Below are positions 17,961 to 27,113 of a stretch of DNA of 32,000 bases, piece after piece. Source of the stretch: Promethearchaeum syntrophicum (GTDB lineage: Archaea > Asgardarchaeota > Lokiarchaeia > Sigyniarchaeales > Promethearchaeaceae); the NCBI RefSeq assembly GCF_008000775.2, contig NZ_CP042905.2, positions 120,001-152,000 of the forward strand, written 5' to 3'. Made by a program: the position numbers and the translations under genes. The notes under the pieces are model-generated. The model saw nothing but the letters and a program-made list of their open reading frames with translations, was not told the DNA's origin and ran no database searches. The first letter of the stretch is position 1, and each line of letters opens with the position of its first letter.

Positions 17961-19682
17961 GTGAAAAATATGGGAATAGAGAACACCATTCAAAAAATTA
18001 TGGAAGAAAAAAAGTTATCTCGTGAGGAAATTAAAAATCTTATAGATAAACAAATAGAAGATTTCAGTGGATTGATAGATGAGGAAGGAGCCATTGTTAT
18101 TGTAGCAAAAGAACTAGGTATTGATGTTAAAGCGCACCAAGAATCAGCCAAAATGGAATCGGATCAACTAATAACAAACCTAAAACCTAGAATGAACGCC
18201 TCAATTGTTGGTAGAATCGTTGAAATTAGTGAAGTTAAAACATTTAATAAAAAAGACGGAAGTAAAGGGTCATTATTACCATTTATATTGGAAGATACTA
18301 GTGGGATGATCCGATGCTTAGCATGGGATGATTTCAACACTCAAATAATTACAGATAATAATTTTAGATTAAATGAAATCGTTAGAATAGTAAATGGTTT
18401 TGTAAAACAGAGCCAAGTTGGAAGTCTTGAAATACATATTGGCTCAAAAAGCAGGATACAAACGCAACCAGATGAAGTAGATAGAACACTTATCCCTGCT
18501 ATAAATCATAGTGAAACCAAAATCACTCCCATAAATCAATTATCTTTAAAAAAACTAACTCTTTCAATTGAAGGAGTAATTACTACATTATATCCGACTA
18601 AAAAATTCACTCGAAAAAATGGAACAGAAGGTAAACGTGCTTCTCTTCAAATATCAGATTCTACTGGATTAACATATCTGACATTTTGGGGAGATCATTG
18701 TGAAATGATTAAAGATATTAAAGAAGATCAAAAAGTGAGAATTACCAAACTTTCCCCTAAATCTAATTATAGAGATAAAACTAAAATAGATTTAACAGCC
18801 ACTTCAAATACTAAAATTACTATTATTGAAGAAGAAACTCATCTTGAAAATTCCATTAAAAGCATAGAAAATCTTCTTGAAATAGGTGGATTTGGAAACA
18901 TTGAGGGAATAATCCAAGAGATTGGAGATCAAAAATCAATTCAATTAAAGAATGGAGAATCAACAAAACTTCAAAAAATGGTATTAGCTGATGAAACTGG
19001 AGAAATTATTGTAACAATTTGGGGGGATAAAATCAATCCAGATTTAAAAGTAGATGATTCAATCCTAATAAAAAAGGCCCTAGTTAAAATAAATAGTTAC
19101 TCCAATGAGATGGAAGCATCACTATCTACAAGGGGTTCTATTGAAAGATCAGAAAAAACATTTAATATAGGTGAAAGATCAAAAACATTAGAGAGAACTC
19201 CACCAAATAGCACAACTGAAAGAAAAAAAATAGAAGACATTAATCAAGATGATTTTTATGAATTTAAAGGTTCAATAATTCAGGAAATTAAAAGAATTTT
19301 CTTTTATATTGCTTGTTCAAAATGTAATCGAAAAATTGATAATTGCAAATGTGATCAACAAGGAGATCATGTTAATAGAATGATTCTAAATTTAATTTTA
19401 GATGATGAAAGCAGCACAATTAGAGGTACAATGATGACTAAAAATGCAGAATTGCTTTTGAATGAATCAACTGATAATATTAAAAAAATGGAAGAAAATG
19501 GGGAATTGGAAGAGTTTCTAAAGAATAAAAGCCTTGAATTGATTGGAAAAGAATTTATTTTTAGTGGAAAAGCAAAATTCTCAGAATATAATGATAATTA
19601 TGAAATAAATATTGCTAGATTTAAAGAACTTGATTCTGAACTGGAAGCCCAAAATATCATTGATATTCTTGACGATATTTGA
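17961..19682 (+). CDS. Multi-OB-fold replication protein A large-subunit-like protein with C-terminal zinc motif
   Basis: 573 aa; three OB segments such as 'ASIVGRIVEISEVKTFNKKDGSKGSLLPFILEDTSGMIRCLAWDD', 'LTLSIEGVITTLYPTKKFTRKNGTEGKRASLQISDSTGLTYLTFWGDH'; 'CSKCNRKIDNCKCDQQGDH'. Confidence 0.9.
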   Translation: MKNMGIENTIQKIMEEKKLSREEIKNLIDKQIEDFSGLIDEEGAIVIVAKELGIDVKAHQESAKMESDQLITNLKPRMNASIVGRIVEISEVKTFNKKDGSKGSLLPFILEDTSGMIRCLAWDDFNTQIITDNNFRLNEIVRIVNGFVKQSQVGSLEIHIGSKSRIQTQPDEVDRTLIPAINHSETKITPINQLSLKKLTLSIEGVITTLYPTKKFTRKNGTEGKRASLQISDSTGLTYLTFWGDHCEMIKDIKEDQKVRITKLSPKSNYRDKTKIDLTATSNTKITIIEEETHLENSIKSIENLLEIGGFGNIEGIIQEIGDQKSIQLKNGESTKLQKMVLADETGEIIVTIWGDKINPDLKVDDSILIKKALVKINSYSNEMEASLSTRGSIERSEKTFNIGERSKTLERTPPNSTTERKKIEDINQDDFYEFKGSIIQEIKRIFFYIACSKCNRKIDNCKCDQQGDHVNRMILNLILDDESSTIRGTMMTKNAELLLNESTDNIKKMEENGELEEFLKNKSLELIGKEFIFSGKAKFSEYNDNYEINIARFKELDSELEAQNIIDILDDI

Positions 19683-19740
19683 TATTTTTTTTTCATTGAA
19701 TTTTATAATGATTTTTAAACCCTCAAATTAATTTTTCTTT

Positions 19741-20682
19741 ATGGGAAATGAGTTTTTAGGTTTAGGTGAGGTTGTTGTCGATTGGGTGTCATTAATTGAT
19801 CATTTTCCCGAACCTGATGAAAAAATTGATTCTTTGAGACAATATTTGTTCAGCGGGGGAGTAACTGCAAATTTTACGGTTGCAGCTTCAAGACTTGGTG
19901 CAAAAACTGGTTTTTTTGGAGCCATTGGCAACGATTCTTATGGAGATTTTTTAAAATCTGATTTTAAAAATGAAAATGTTGACTATTCTTATTTAATTAC
20001 GAAAAACAACAAAAACACTCCAGTCAATTTTATATTTGTTGTAAAAAATACTGGTGAAAAAGTAATTATTCAAAGCCCTTATATGCACTCTACTATTCCA
20101 AAAGTTTCTGATCTTGATGAAAAAATATTTGAAAATATAAAATTACTACATACCTCTGCAATATACCATGATCTAACAATTAAAGCAATAAAATTGGCTA
20201 AAAAAAATAATATTTTCATTTCCCTAGATTTAGAAAAGCAAATTGCTGTTAGAGGTTTATCTAAGTTGAGACCTATTTTACATCAAGTAGATTTGTTAAT
20301 CCCAAATAAAGCGGGAGCAATGCAGTTAACTGATACAAAAAATCCAGAAGAAGCAGCAAAAAAATTTTTAGATTTAGGTGTTAAAACAATTGTTATAACT
20401 TTAGGAGATCAAGGGGCTTTAATTATTACTAAAAATAAAAATGTGATTATTCCTGCTTTAAAAGTAAATCCAGTTGATACTACAGGAGCAGGAGACACTT
20501 TCTGTGCTGCACTTTGCTATTCCTATGTTTTAAAAAAGTTTAGTATTGAAAAAGCTGCATTATTTGCAAATGCTGCGGCTGCTTTAAAAATTCAAAATAT
20601 GGGTGCACGAACCGGGATGCCAACATATGAAGAAGTTATTCAATTCCTAAAAAAAAGAAATTTTAAAGAATTTTTTAATTAA
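19741..20682 (+). CDS. PfkB-family carbohydrate/nucleoside kinase
   Basis: 313 aa; 'LFSGGVTANFTVAASRLGAKTGFFGAIGNDSYG' and 'NPVDTTGAGDTFCAALCYSY'. Confidence 0.94.
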   Translation: MGNEFLGLGEVVVDWVSLIDHFPEPDEKIDSLRQYLFSGGVTANFTVAASRLGAKTGFFGAIGNDSYGDFLKSDFKNENVDYSYLITKNNKNTPVNFIFVVKNTGEKVIIQSPYMHSTIPKVSDLDEKIFENIKLLHTSAIYHDLTIKAIKLAKKNNIFISLDLEKQIAVRGLSKLRPILHQVDLLIPNKAGAMQLTDTKNPEEAAKKFLDLGVKTIVITLGDQGALIITKNKNVIIPALKVNPVDTTGAGDTFCAALCYSYVLKKFSIEKAALFANAAAALKIQNMGARTGMPTYEEVIQFLKKRNFKEFFN

Positions 20683-20705
20683 ATAAATCAAAGGGGAAGA
20701 TAACG

Positions 20706-21371
20706 TTGAAAAACCATAAAATTAATCAAGAACGTTTAGATTTAATCAACAATTTGAAAGCTAGAAAAATAATTATTACTGAAAATGTATATAATGCTAT
20801 GTTAAACGTTCCTCGTCATCTTTTTTTACCAGAACTTGATATCAATAAAGCTTATATTGATTCTCCTCAACAAATCGGAAAGGGACAGACCATTTCCGCA
20901 CCTCATATGAATGCAATGATGTGTGAATATCTTGAAATTAAGCCGAAGGACAAAATATTAGAAATTGGAACGGGATCTGGATATCATGCAGCAATATTAG
21001 CTGAATTAACCGGAAAGGGAGGTATAGTTTACACAATAGAAAGGATTCCTGATTTGGCTATAAAAGCTCAGAAAAAATTAGAGGAATTATCCTATTCTAA
21101 TGTTGAAGTGATAATTGATGATGGGACATTAGGATTAGAATCTAAAGCACCATTTGATAAAATTTTGGTAACTGCTGCAAGTCCAAAAATTCCAAAGAGT
21201 TTATTAGTGCAACTAAACCCTAATGGAGGTATTTTATGTATTCCTGTTGGAAAACGGCATTGGGATCAAGACCTAATAGTCATTCAAAGAACTAAGGAGA
21301 AATATATTAAAAAAAAAGTTTGTAAAGTAATTTTTGTTCCCTTAATTGGAGAAAATGGATTTGATGAATAA
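20706..21371 (+). CDS. pcm: Protein-L-isoaspartate O-methyltransferase (TTG start)
   Basis: 221 aa; 'VPRHLFLPE', 'IGKGQTISAPHMNAMMCEYLEIKPKDKILEIGTGSGYHAAILAEL', 'PFDKILVTAA'. Confidence 0.93.
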   Translation: MKNHKINQERLDLINNLKARKIIITENVYNAMLNVPRHLFLPELDINKAYIDSPQQIGKGQTISAPHMNAMMCEYLEIKPKDKILEIGTGSGYHAAILAELTGKGGIVYTIERIPDLAIKAQKKLEELSYSNVEVIIDDGTLGLESKAPFDKILVTAASPKIPKSLLVQLNPNGGILCIPVGKRHWDQDLIVIQRTKEKYIKKKVCKVIFVPLIGENGFDE

Positions 21372-21382
21372 AAGAAATTATA

Positions 21383-22063
21383 TTAAGATTTATTAGGGAG
21401 AATATCAACAAAATTGATTAAATTGGATATTTCTTTCATTAATGATTCTCGATTTAAATTTTCTTCAGATTGAATTACTTCTTTAATTTTCGCTCTTGTT
21501 TCAGGAAATTTTGGATTAAATTCACATGCGGGACCACTAATTAAACTTAATTCATAAAAACCTAATTCTTGACTAATTTTTATTATATCGAGTTTATCAA
21601 ATCCAATCAAAGGGCGAATAATTGGAATTTCCCGATTAACTTGATTTACGACATATAAATTATCTAATGTTTGTGAAGCTTGCTCTCCTAAAATATCTCC
21701 ATTGGCAATTAACTTTGCATTGTAAAATTTTGCAAGCTCTCGTGCAACTAAAATCATTGTACGTTTACATATCACACATGTTAATTTTGGATTACATTTT
21801 GATTGAATTTGTTTTGCTATCTGATCATAATCAACAAAATGCATTCTCAACCTATGTTTTGTTAATTTTACTAATCTTTTTCCAACTTGGATTATTTTAT
21901 TCCTATTTTCCTCAATTTTTTCCCCTCCATTTAAAAAAGACAGGGAGAAACAATCCATTTTTTTTTTCATCAATAAATATGTTGCTATTGGACTATCTAA
22001 CCCTGTTGATAAAAGGGAAATAAATGGATTTTCAAACTGTATATAAGAATTCTTACTTAGCAT
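21383..22063 (-). CDS. ThiI-like PP-loop sulfurtransferase domain protein lacking THUMP
   Basis: 226 aa; 'LLSTGLDSPIATYLLMKK', 'CVICKRTMILVARELA', 'ANGDILGEQASQTLDNL', 'IPIIRPLIGFDKLDIIKISQELGFYE'. Confidence 0.85.
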   Translation of the reverse strand: MLSKNSYIQFENPFISLLSTGLDSPIATYLLMKKKMDCFSLSFLNGGEKIEENRNKIIQVGKRLVKLTKHRLRMHFVDYDQIAKQIQSKCNPKLTCVICKRTMILVARELAKFYNAKLIANGDILGEQASQTLDNLYVVNQVNREIPIIRPLIGFDKLDIIKISQELGFYELSLISGPACEFNPKFPETRAKIKEVIQSEENLNRESLMKEISNLINFVDILPNKS

Positions 22064-22285
22064 GTTCCATGATCTTTAAAATGGGATGATTTTTTAATAT
22101 GATTATAATAAATATTAAATTCTCTTCGGAAAGGTATTATCGTGATATTTTTTTCATATTTTGTTAATGGCAAGAGAGTTCAATAAAGAATTTTCTTATA
22201 GTTTTTCATAGTACTATCTCTTCAACGACTTCCAAATAATGCTAAAAAATAGGAAGCATCTCATATTAAAAAATATAAAAAAACC

Positions 22286-23101
22286 GTGAATCATATGTCA
22301 AATTTTAGATTAATTCAATTTGAAAAATTAGAACCATCGACACTCCATAACCCTTTATGCATTATAGGAATGCCTGGAATTGCAGACATTGGAAAATTTG
22401 CAGTAGATCAACTTATAGGCATTTTTCAAGCTAGAAAATATTGCGAAATAATTTTCAATGATTATCCCGCTGGAGCGATAGTTGATGAAAGTATTCTATC
22501 CACTCCAAAAGCAGAAATTTTATTCCATAAAGATCCAAAACATATCCAAGATTTACTCCTAATAACTGCTGATGCACAAGCAATGTCTCCGAGAGGAATA
22601 TATGAAATTTCAGATTATATTGCTACAATAATTCAAAAACTTGGAGTAGTAAAAATTTTAGCTTTAGGGGCTTATCCAATTAAAAAAAATAAGTCAAAAC
22701 ATATCGATATTTATGTTACTTCAACCGAAACTAAATTTATTAACCAATTTATCGAGACTGGTGAAACCAAACTAGTAAAAAAGGGAGTAATAATAGGTTC
22801 AAATGGTTTAATCCCTACACTTGCTAAAGCACGGTTTGGAATCGAAGGTATTGTTTTATTAGCGGAAACAGATAATTCTGCAATAATGAATGACAATATG
22901 ACAGATTTACAAGCTTCAATCCAATTACTCGAGTTAGTCAGTCGCTTTTTCAGTCTTCCAATAAAAAATAATTTTAGTTCAAATAAAATCGATGAAATTA
23001 CACAAGATCTCGAAACAAAAAGAAAGGAACTTGAAAAAGATTTAGAAAACACTCAACCTCATTTAGAAATAGCAGAAGTTGATAAATCAATATACATATA
23101 A
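22286..23101 (+). CDS. PAC2 / proteasome assembly chaperone family protein
   Basis: 271 aa; 'NPLCIIGMPGIADIGKFAVDQLI', 'ILALGAYPI', 'GSNGLIPTLAKARFGIEGIVLLAET'. Confidence 0.87.
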   Translation: MNHMSNFRLIQFEKLEPSTLHNPLCIIGMPGIADIGKFAVDQLIGIFQARKYCEIIFNDYPAGAIVDESILSTPKAEILFHKDPKHIQDLLLITADAQAMSPRGIYEISDYIATIIQKLGVVKILALGAYPIKKNKSKHIDIYVTSTETKFINQFIETGETKLVKKGVIIGSNGLIPTLAKARFGIEGIVLLAETDNSAIMNDNMTDLQASIQLLELVSRFFSLPIKNNFSSNKIDEITQDLETKRKELEKDLENTQPHLEIAEVDKSIYI

Positions 23102-23116
23102 AAAATAAAAATATAG

Positions 23117-23189
23117 CGCAGGCAACAGGGATCGAACCTGCGACCTGCCGGTTAACAGCCGACCGCTCTACCAACTAAGCTATGCCTGC
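23117..23189 (-). tRNA. tRNA-Asn (GTT)
   Basis: Acceptor GCAGGCA/TGCCTGC; anticodon arm GTCGG-CTGTTAA-CCGGC; T arm CAGG-GTTCGAT-CCCTG region. Confidence 0.95.
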
Positions 23190-23411
23190 ACTAGATGATT
23201 TGATAAAAAAAAAGGATTATGATATAAAGGAAAACATATATTTTAAATTTTTTTAAAGGTTTTACAATTGATTTTTTAATTTTAAGAAGAGATCTCTTTT
23301 GTATCTTCAAAAACTACTTTAGAAATTTGTTTTAAATACTGGTAATCTGTTTTTTTCAATTTCCCAAAAATTTTAAAATTATGAAATATTTGCATAGAAT
23401 ATAATTCTTTT

Positions 23412-23516
23412 GCCTCCGTAGTGTAGTGGTCAAGCATTTCGGGCCTTCAAATTATAGAAATCTCTTCTTTTTAAGGACCCCCGACGACTCGAGTTCGAAT
23501 CTCGGCGGAGGCACCA
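23412..23516 (+). tRNA. tRNA-Glu (TTC) with 29-nt intron at 37/38 (intron 23450..23478); CCA encoded
   Basis: Acceptor GCCTCCG/CGGAGGC + A + CCA; anticodon stem TCGGG/CCCGA; BHB: CCTT/AAGG central helix, bulges CA^A and AC^C. Confidence 0.92.
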
Positions 23517-23549
23517 CTTTTATATATGAATATAATAAAGAACAAACTA

Positions 23550-24551
23550 TTATTGATATTTAGTTTTTTCAATTGCATTAACACTATTGATAAATCTTTC
23601 AGTTATGTCATCTTTTCCAATTATACTAATGATCGAGTGGACAATGTTCCTAGCTTCACATAAAACCGGAATAGCACCATATGTTAGTGGGAACAAAGAT
23701 ACAAAAGTAATAGGTTGACTAATATAACTCCCAGTTTCTTTATCTGTAAATGTCATTTTTCCACTTGGATTGCATAGAATTCCATAGAAATTATCAGGAT
23801 CATTTCCAGAAACACATAAATAAGATACTAAACCACCAAGTTTTAAGGAATCTGCTTCCTCAATCATCTTTTGAAATCCAACATTAGCATTTGCACTAAA
23901 AGCTGCAACAGGGATTGAAAATCTCTCTGGATCAATTGATCTGGCATCAATATTTAATCCAGAAGAATTTACTAAACCATAATTTAAAAATACAGGAGTT
24001 TGAACAGAATCTAATATTTTACTGATATTTTCAATTAATTCTTTTTGTTCAGGAGATGTAGGGATATAAGAAGTTAAAGGAATTTCAGAACCCATACCAC
24101 AAAGATAAATTGCACTCCGGACATTATTGCTAAATAATTCAATTTCAGCATTATCTACCTTTCCTGAACCAAAAAAATTCTCAATTTCTTTTCTCAGATG
24201 AAAAATGCTGGATCCGATGTTGTCTGCATTTAGTGGCCATTCTTGGTGATAATCATGAACAATTGTTAGAAGCGTTTGTTGTATTCGAACGGTTATTAGG
24301 CAAATCTTCTCGAAAAATGAAAAAGCAATAATTTGTCTTTGAATACCTAGATCAAACCAATTCTCTTCACTTGAAGAAAAAGCTGCAGAAGATACACTGG
24401 TGATAGCATTACTATCTAAGTTTAAATCAGTATTTCGACCTGTTTTTGCTATTGAAAGCCCATTTTCATCAGATAATAATGCCATTATAGTTGCTTTTGA
24501 AGATCTTAAAATTGTTGATAAATGTTTAACTAAAGTTTCTCGGACGCTCAT
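23550..24551 (-). CDS. Roadblock/LC7-like domain protein (probably tandem)
   Basis: 333 aa; 'LSTILRSSKATIMALLSDENGLSIAKTGRNTDLNLDSNAITSVSSAAFSSSEENWFDLG...' resembles roadblock/MglB; second half 'NISKILDSVQTPVFLNYGLVNSSGLNIDAR...IPVAAFSANANVGFQKMIEEADSLKLG' repeats the pattern. Confidence 0.65.
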   Translation of the reverse strand: MSVRETLVKHLSTILRSSKATIMALLSDENGLSIAKTGRNTDLNLDSNAITSVSSAAFSSSEENWFDLGIQRQIIAFSFFEKICLITVRIQQTLLTIVHDYHQEWPLNADNIGSSIFHLRKEIENFFGSGKVDNAEIELFSNNVRSAIYLCGMGSEIPLTSYIPTSPEQKELIENISKILDSVQTPVFLNYGLVNSSGLNIDARSIDPERFSIPVAAFSANANVGFQKMIEEADSLKLGGLVSYLCVSGNDPDNFYGILCNPSGKMTFTDKETGSYISQPITFVSLFPLTYGAIPVLCEARNIVHSIISIIGKDDITERFINSVNAIEKTKYQ

Positions 24552-24711
24552 ATTTTTCCCGCAATTAATCGATAATTATTATATAGAATAAAACCTAATT
24601 TATATTTCGCATCTTCTCATAATTAATATTTTGCCAAAAAAATCATTTCTAATTTCAAATTTCTGAATTAAGGAGCAATAATAAAATAATATTGTATTAA
24701 ATTAATTTAAA

Positions 24712-24834
24712 TGCGGGGAGAGGGATTTGAACCCTCGCGGCTCTACGCACTGGATCCTAAGTCCAGCATTCCACTTTCAATAGTAGATTCATAATTTCTA
24801 TTGAAATTCGTGGACCAGACTTGATTATCCCCGC
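24712..24834 (-). tRNA. tRNA-Leu (TAG) with 39-nt intron in the D arm (intron 24769..24807)
   Basis: Acceptor GCGGGGA/TCCCCGC, anticodon arm CTGGA-CTTAGGA-TCCAG, long variable arm, T arm GAGGG-TTCAAAT-CCCTC; removal of the intron creates D stem ATC/GAT. Confidence 0.92.
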
Positions 24835-24919
24835 TAAGAAAAATAAGTGAAAATTGACCAATAAAGATAAATATTTAAATTCTACAATAAATATAAAAAT
24901 TCTTAATTAGATTTTTGAT

Positions 24920-25402
24920 ATGAACGGTAAAAGTAATGATCTTGGATTATATGCTTTGCATTTAAATCAAGATGACCCGAAAAAAAATACAATTTTAAGA
25001 CTAAACAGATTTAATTTGATTAAATTAGGTAAGAAATTATCACAATTTCCCAAAAATGCAATTGTATTGGATCCTTTTAGCAATAATGTAATAGAATTTC
25101 AAGACAGAAATAATATAAAGAAATCTGGAATCATTGTAATCGATTGTTCTTGGACACAGATTGACTTAGTATTTAATCGTAAATTTAAGATGGGTAGAAA
25201 GCTCCCGCATTTATTAGCCGCAAATTCGGTAAATTATGGAAAATGGGATAAATTGAGCTCAGCAGAAGCTCTCGCAGCAGCGTTGTTTATAACTGGGTTT
25301 AAAAATGAAGCTGAAGAACTCCTTTCAAAATTTCCTTGGGGAAAGTCATTTTGGGAGATAAATAAAGATTTTCTAAATGAAGGATTAAAAAAAGATAAAT
25401 GA
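24920..25402 (+). CDS. tsr3: Tsr3-like 16S/18S rRNA aminocarboxypropyltransferase (DUF367)
   Basis: 160 aa; 'VIDCSWTQIDLVF', 'RKLPHLLAANSVNYGKWDKLSSAEALAAALFITGF', 'FPWGKSFWEINKDFL'. Confidence 0.92.
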   Translation: MNGKSNDLGLYALHLNQDDPKKNTILRLNRFNLIKLGKKLSQFPKNAIVLDPFSNNVIEFQDRNNIKKSGIIVIDCSWTQIDLVFNRKFKMGRKLPHLLAANSVNYGKWDKLSSAEALAAALFITGFKNEAEELLSKFPWGKSFWEINKDFLNEGLKKDK

Positions 25403-25405
25403 TTA

Positions 25406-26995
25406 TTAATTCTTACTTGATGAGCGTATGTAATCATCAATTCTAATGAAACTTATAGCCATTTCAGTCGCTAATGAAAATATCTCAGTTTTTACGGATG
25501 ATGATTCAATGATACCACATTCATGTGTATTTACAATTTCGCCAGAAATAGAATCAAACCCACTGAAAATTTTCTTTGAATAGTCGATTTGAGCTCTCAA
25601 ATTTGTTATATAATCCAGAGAATCTTTCCCTGAATTTTCAATTATTGTTTTTGGAATAATTTCAAGAGCATCTGCATAATTTTCTATAGCTATTTGTTGT
25701 TTACCACCCATTTTTTGAGCAAATAATTGTAAATTCCTTCGCAATTCAATTTCAATGGAACCTGCTCCACCTACTATTTCAGGATTTTCAATAACCGATT
25801 TTACTACACCCAAACCATTTTTAAATGCCCGTTCAGCATCATCTACAATGAGTTCTGTTCCCCCTCTAATTAGAATAGTCAGAGATTTTGGATCTTTACA
25901 TTCTTCAACAAAAATCATATTATCTTTACCAATTTTTTGCTCAGAAACCATTTTTGCTTTTCCTAAATCATTGTTTTGAATGCTTTTTATTCGTGTAATT
26001 ATTTTTGCACCAGTTGCATGTGATAATTTAACCATATCAGAATGCTTAACACGTCGAATTGCCATTATATTTGATTTAGCTAAATAATGTTGTGCCATCT
26101 CGTCAATTCCTTTTTGACAAAAAACTACATTTACTCCAGTAGAAATTAATGCATCTACAAGATCTTTGATCAAATTTTCTTCTTGTTTTAAAAATCCACT
26201 GATTTCATTCGGATTTGAAATTTGGATTTCAGATGAAAAATCGGTTTTTATAATCTCCAAAGCACCATCAATTAAAGCAATTCTAGCATTTTTTATATAT
26301 TTAGGCATAATTGGACTTACAACCTCTTTATCTACAATTATACCCTTAATCAATTGAGAATTGGATAAACCTTCTCCTTCTTTTTTTATTAATTGAATAT
26401 TGTCTAAATCCACATAGGGGTTATCTCCCCTCATTTCAGTAATATTGGAAATACATTCAACTATCATATTAGCAAAATAAGAGGTAGAACTGAAGAGATT
26501 TTTAGTATTCAAAGTTGTTTTTGCTATATTTTTTAGAATCTCATTATCATTCCTTTCAATTTTTATGGATATGATATTTAAAAGTCTTTTAATTTCTTTT
26601 AGAGCATGAATATACCCTTCATAAATTAATGTTGGAGAAATATCAACTGAAATCATTTCATAAGTTCGTTTCATTAATTCTCCTAAGAAAATTACTGTTG
26701 AGCTCGCTCCATCGCCAACTTTTTTATGAATAGTTTTTGAGAGATCAACAACCATTTTTGCTGCAGGATTTTCTATGTTTAATTCTTCCAGAATTTTTGC
26801 ACCATCACCAGTGACTGTAACTTCATTCATTGAATCGACAATCATTTTGTTTAAACCTTTAGGACCTAATGTAGTTCGGATTGATTCTGCAACAGTTTTA
26901 ATTGCTTCTATATTTATTGACAATGCATTTCTTCCTTTCAAACGTTCAGTATTTTGTTTTAAAATATAGACGGGGTTACCAGATAGATTTGACAT
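25406..26995 (-). CDS. Group II chaperonin (thermosome/CCT-like) subunit, divergent in ATPase motifs
   Basis: 529 aa; 'RTTLGPKGLNKMIVDSMNEVTVTGDGAKILEELNIENPAAKMVVDLSKTIHKKVGDGASST', 'ILIRGGTELIVDDAERAFKNGLGVV', C-terminal 'IDDYI'. Confidence 0.95.
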   Translation of the reverse strand: MSNLSGNPVYILKQNTERLKGRNALSINIEAIKTVAESIRTTLGPKGLNKMIVDSMNEVTVTGDGAKILEELNIENPAAKMVVDLSKTIHKKVGDGASSTVIFLGELMKRTYEMISVDISPTLIYEGYIHALKEIKRLLNIISIKIERNDNEILKNIAKTTLNTKNLFSSTSYFANMIVECISNITEMRGDNPYVDLDNIQLIKKEGEGLSNSQLIKGIIVDKEVVSPIMPKYIKNARIALIDGALEIIKTDFSSEIQISNPNEISGFLKQEENLIKDLVDALISTGVNVVFCQKGIDEMAQHYLAKSNIMAIRRVKHSDMVKLSHATGAKIITRIKSIQNNDLGKAKMVSEQKIGKDNMIFVEECKDPKSLTILIRGGTELIVDDAERAFKNGLGVVKSVIENPEIVGGAGSIEIELRRNLQLFAQKMGGKQQIAIENYADALEIIPKTIIENSGKDSLDYITNLRAQIDYSKKIFSGFDSISGEIVNTHECGIIESSSVKTEIFSLATEMAISFIRIDDYIRSSSKN

Positions 26996-27113
26996 TTATA
27001 TCACGAATATTTTTTCTAGGAAGTCTAAGTCATGAAAAATTTAAATTTTTTTTGATTTTAAAAATCGATATTTTAATATTTTTTTTGTTATTAATGATGA
27101 GAAGGTAGAAAAT

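Noticed and set aside
25755-26969. Plus-strand ORFs 25755..25979, 26166..26357, 26775..26969
   Set aside because: Antisense to the chaperonin gene, low complexity composition, no motif.
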